A model generated the notes under the pieces. The model saw only the letters and a list, made by a program, of their open reading frames with translations, was not told where the DNA came from and searched no databases. This document shows positions 7,535 through 10,430 of a DNA stretch of 10,430 bases, in pieces. The position numbers and the translations under genes are program-made. Each line of letters starts with the position of its first letter. Within the stretch, counting starts at the first letter, position 1. Origin of the DNA: an uncultured bacterium (lineage in GTDB: Bacteria > CSSED10-310 > CAZUFC01); assembly GCA_964619725.1 (NCBI GenBank), contig CAZUFC010000207.1, positions 1 through 10,430 of the forward strand, in the 5' to 3' direction.

Positions 7535-9043
7535 TTACTTCAGATCGACGAATTTTTCAGAAGCGGCGGAGATCGCCGTATAACGATGGGTGCAGAAGGC
7601 GAAGATGCACAAACGATGGGTGTGCGGCTCCATATCGACGGGTTGAATGACCCTGAGTCTGTAATCGCCCTGAGTCAACTTTTTCAAATCTCTGACGAAT
7701 TCCTGGGGTTCTTCGTTGACGTAGAGGAGTTTCGGAATTTGTCTGTCCGTAAGGTAGTCAGCGATGCCTGGAGCGTTTTTTTGCTTTGACGGGAGTAACC
7801 AGGCGGAACTGATGTCCTCGGCTGTTCTGAAAGGTTCTTTTTTGATCAGGTTTTTGAAATTGTCCTTGAATATCCTGATGTTTTTAATGGAATTCGCATC
7901 GATGTTTTTTTTCAAATCAACTGATTCAGGTCGATTCCATTCTGCCGCCAGTATCTCGGCAGCATACCGGGAAGCCGCCAGCGCGGGGAAGCCCGGACCG
8001 GCCTGAATTGCGGCTATAGTTTCCCGTTGAGTAGGGGAGGATAATCTTATGGCCTGTTCGCCGTATTTTTTCAAAAGATGACGATTGGCCGGAAAGTGAG
8101 CAACAGGCGAAAGATAATAAGTAAAAGAGCCGACAGTTTCCTCAATAAAAGGTTCGCCTGCATCGACTAATTTGGATTTCGATCCGGACCGTATGCCTTT
8201 TACCGGTATATTTTCAGATTTAAAGGCTTCCAGAATCTGTTTCACGCGGTTCAACGGCTTCTCTGAAATCAGACTCAATATTGCGGTTCGCGCTTCAGAA
8301 TTAGTTTTTAAAACGACATTGTATATTTTTTCTTCTTTCGCATACCGTTTAAGAATATCCGGGAGAAGGCCGAGGACAGAGTTCAGGACAGGCGCCAGGA
8401 GCGGACATTCTGATATTTCCTCCAACCGATTATCATCATCGACCGACGGCCAACCAATAATGAAACGACCTTTAATTTTTTTGACCGACAGCATATCCGA
8501 CGTCCTGTAACCGTAAATTTCCGGTGATCTTATGAAAGGATGAATTACGGTTCGTTCCAGTCCTTCAACGCTTCGGCAAAGGTCCTTGACGATCTGGGTT
8601 TTTGCCTGAACCTGGGCCGAATAAGCGTAATTCATAAGAGAACAATGGCTGCATTTGTCGAACAGAGGACATTTCGGTTTCGTTCTGTCGCTGGAAGGGG
8701 CCACCAGGGACATCCGTCTCGTAAAGATGTTATTGCGGTCGATATTGGTTATGCGCACTTTCACGGTATCGCCGGGCACCTGGCGGGGCACGAAAACATT
8801 GATATTGCCGGGCAGCACAGCCAGTCCCATGCCGGAATAGGATAACTTCTTTATGCTTACCGTCAGTTCATCATTCACCTGCGGTCCTTTTTGCGCAAAT
8901 TTTTCCTTTAACTTCATCTCCGGACTATCTTCTTTTTTGCCGAACAGCCTTTCCAGCTCGGTCATGGGATTCTCTTTTTTCGGTTCCGCGCCGAGTTTTT
9001 CTCTTAACCTCTTCAACATTTTTTCTTCTTCATCTTTATTCAT
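7535..9043 (-). CDS. RlmD/TrmA-family RNA m5U methyltransferase homologue (TRAM + [4Fe-4S] + degenerate SAM-MTase domain), probably catalytically inactive
   Basis: 502 aa. TRAM domain (IKKLSYSGMGLA...VFVPRQVPGDTVKVRI), Cys motif CPLFDKCSHC...ECP, YGYR, and C-terminal IQPVDMEPHT. The catalytic motifs are substituted (see findings). Confidence 0.85.
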   Translation of the reverse strand: MNKDEEEKMLKRLREKLGAEPKKENPMTELERLFGKKEDSPEMKLKEKFAQKGPQVNDELTVSIKKLSYSGMGLAVLPGNINVFVPRQVPGDTVKVRITNIDRNNIFTRRMSLVAPSSDRTKPKCPLFDKCSHCSLMNYAYSAQVQAKTQIVKDLCRSVEGLERTVIHPFIRSPEIYGYRTSDMLSVKKIKGRFIIGWPSVDDDNRLEEISECPLLAPVLNSVLGLLPDILKRYAKEEKIYNVVLKTNSEARTAILSLISEKPLNRVKQILEAFKSENIPVKGIRSGSKSKLVDAGEPFIEETVGSFTYYLSPVAHFPANRHLLKKYGEQAIRLSSPTQRETIAAIQAGPGFPALAASRYAAEILAAEWNRPESVDLKKNIDANSIKNIRIFKDNFKNLIKKEPFRTAEDISSAWLLPSKQKNAPGIADYLTDRQIPKLLYVNEEPQEFVRDLKKLTQGDYRLRVIQPVDMEPHTHRLCIFAFCTHRYTAISAASEKFVDLK

Positions 9044-9113
9044 CTTCTTCTCCCGCTATTAAAACGGTTGGTCCCGTTTCCTCCATGAAGTTAAAATTGA
9101 ACTCCTTTAATTA

Positions 9114-10112
9114 TCAATCGCCCCTGAAAAAATCGCCGGCGATTCCTCCTAGTATGGAACCTTCACCTTTTCCGCCGCCTCTGGTTTGGGGAGCGGCGGC
9201 ATAGATACGACCGGAAAGGCGTGAAAACGGCAGAGACTGCAGCCATATTTTTCCCGGTCCGGTCAGATGGGCGTAGAAAAAGCCTTCCCCGCCGAAGATG
9301 GCCGATTTGATGTTTCCGACATAACGGATGTCGTAATTGATGGTGGATTGAATGGCGACGATACAGCCCGTATCTACCTTAAGGCTCTGTCCTTCGGTCA
9401 ATGTACGCTCCACAACGGAACCTCCGGCATGCACGAAAACAAGTCCGTCGCCTTCCAGTTTCTGCATGATGAAGCCTTCGCCGCCGAACAGTCCGACTCC
9501 GATTTTTTTCTGAAGTTCTATACCGATGGATACGCCTTTTGCCGCACACAGGAAAGCATCCTTCTGGCAGATTAAACGCCCCTCATGTTTTTTCAGGTCC
9601 ATGGGAATGATTTTGCCGGGGTAGGGCGCCCCGAAAGCTACTTTTTGTTTTCCGCTGCCGTTATTGGTAAAAACAGTCATAAAAAGACTCTCACCGGTAA
9701 GCAGCCTTTTCCCGGCCCCGACCAGCTTATCCAGGAAATCCCCTGAAGATTTGGACCCGGTATCGCCGAAGACGGTTTCCAGGGATATGTCATTGTTCAT
9801 GTACATCATTGAACCGGCTTCTGCCACAGCGCTTTCGCCGGGATCAAGTTCGATCTCCACGAACTGCATTTCTTCGCCGTAAATTTCGTAATCGATTTCA
9901 TGGGCCCGGGGAAATTCAGGATAAATTTTTTTCGGCCGGTCCCAGGCCCGGCGGAATTCAGGCAAAGTCTTGACAGGAGCCCAGTTCGGCATTCCTTCTC
10001 TCCAGACCAATGCCTTGTCCGGCGGTCCTTCTTCCTCAAAACGCGCAATAATTTCCCCCATGGAAAAAGGACCGAGTTTTCGACCTCCGACAGCCAGATA
10101 CCATTGACTCAT
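9114..10112 (-). CDS. TIGR00266/AIM24-family protein with N-terminal GYF_2 (DUF4339)-like domain
   Basis: The N-terminus WYLAVGGRKLGPFS...LVWREGMPNWAPVKTLPEF is GYF_2-like. The body (IDYEIYGEEMQFVEIELDPGESAVAEAGSMMYM, GESLFMT, GLFGGEGFIMQKLEG, GPGKIWLQSLPFSRL) is AIM24/TIGR00266-like. ATG at 10112 is preferred over TTG 10139 because SD AAGGAGG (10125-10119) lies 6 nt upstream. Confidence 0.92.
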   Translation of the reverse strand: MSQWYLAVGGRKLGPFSMGEIIARFEEEGPPDKALVWREGMPNWAPVKTLPEFRRAWDRPKKIYPEFPRAHEIDYEIYGEEMQFVEIELDPGESAVAEAGSMMYMNNDISLETVFGDTGSKSSGDFLDKLVGAGKRLLTGESLFMTVFTNNGSGKQKVAFGAPYPGKIIPMDLKKHEGRLICQKDAFLCAAKGVSIGIELQKKIGVGLFGGEGFIMQKLEGDGLVFVHAGGSVVERTLTEGQSLKVDTGCIVAIQSTINYDIRYVGNIKSAIFGGEGFFYAHLTGPGKIWLQSLPFSRLSGRIYAAAPQTRGGGKGEGSILGGIAGDFFRGD

Positions 10113-10147
10113 CTTCTCCCTCCTTCTGATCCCTCTCAATTACCGCA

Positions 10148-10179
10148 AGTTATTGAAACTCTTGGAAGTTTCAATAACT
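10148..10179. repeat. Perfect 13-bp inverted repeat in the 5' leader of the TIGR00266 gene (operator or 5' RNA hairpin)
   Basis: AGTTATTGAAACT (10148-10160) - CTTGGA - AGTTTCAATAACT (10167-10179). Confidence 0.8.
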
Positions 10180-10184
10180 CGTCT

Positions 10185-10212
10185 ACTATACCACAGGACG
10201 CAAATAAGTCAA
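10185..10212 (-). promoter_or_regulatory. Sigma70-type promoter for the minus-strand gene run
   Basis: On the minus strand: TTGACT (10212-10207), a 16-bp spacer ending in TGG (extended -10 TGn), then TATAGT (10190-10185). Confidence 0.65.
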
Positions 10213-10341
10213 CGCCGGCAGGGGGTGGAGATAAGATTGGAAGAATGGAAAGTTGGAGGATTTGGGTGTCATTGACGCATGAAAAATCGGTTTTTGGTAA
10301 AGGTTTCGTTTTTCCGGCGGTTTATTTGCGAACAGGAAGCG

Positions 10342-10430
10342 GATCGAATTTCACATCTCCTGACATTCGCTAATAAAAAAATTGTGAAATGTTTGACAAA
10401 AAAAACTATAGACGTACGAAAAAATTCTTG
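10342..10430 (+). repeat. Diverged direct repeat, copy 2 (partner at 593-679); runs to the window edge
   Basis: Contains the same 18-nt and 22-nt exact blocks as copy 1, plus an internal inverted pair ATTTCACA (10348-10355) / TGTGAAAT (10383-10390). Confidence 0.92.
10382..10399. promoter_or_regulatory. Rex/CRP-family-like operator overlapping a perfect TTGACA -35 hexamer (copy 2)
   Basis: TTGTGAA-ATGT-TTGACAA has 1 mismatch to the Rex consensus TTGTGAA-N4-TTCACAA and matches TGTGA-N6-TCACA at 9/10. TTGACA is at 10393-10398. Confidence 0.45.

Noticed and set aside
9036..9086. 16-aa minus-strand mini-ORF MEETGPTVLIAGEEDE overlapping the RlmD-like start
   Set aside because: The nearest SD-like AAGGAG (9107-9102) is 15 nt from the ATG, and there is no other support.
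1203..10373. The remaining short ORFs in the six-frame track that overlap the six main genes
   Set aside because: They are antisense or out-of-frame shadows of well-supported CDSs with no protein motifs.
593..10430. Repeat pair as a DGR template/variable repeat (TR/VR)
   Set aside because: Mismatches are not confined to adenines of one copy (e.g. G600/T10349, G619/C10368, and A-to-other changes in both directions). There are indels, neither copy is at the 3' end of a credible CDS, and no AAC-rich TR or avd gene is visible.

Overview
Bacterial genomic window with six intact protein-coding genes and one gene remnant. The left ~1.1 kb looks accessory or decayed. It holds a 5'-truncated reverse transcriptase remnant (YVDD and FLGY motifs, DGR-like), an AT-rich tract and about 500 bp of apparently non-coding, hairpin-containing DNA. 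A COG1373-type AAA+/DUF4143 ATPase follows on the + strand. The rest is a minus-strand run: GYF_2-AIM24 (TIGR00266) protein, an RlmD/TrmA-like TRAM + Fe-S protein lacking all recognisable catalytic residues, a secreted TPR protein, a GT2 glycosyltransferase, and a secreted beta-helix protein with an unusual C-terminal domain. Non-coding features are: a ~88-bp diverged direct repeat at 593-679 and 10342-10430 carrying a Rex/CRP-like box, a 50-bp MITE-like element flanked by TTAG duplications (2434-2491), a REP-like palindrome (~4512-4585), and a perfect 13-bp inverted repeat at a predicted transcription start (10148-10179). I found no complete DGR, CRISPR array or rRNA/tRNA gene. All family assignments come from motif recognition by eye, not from database searches.
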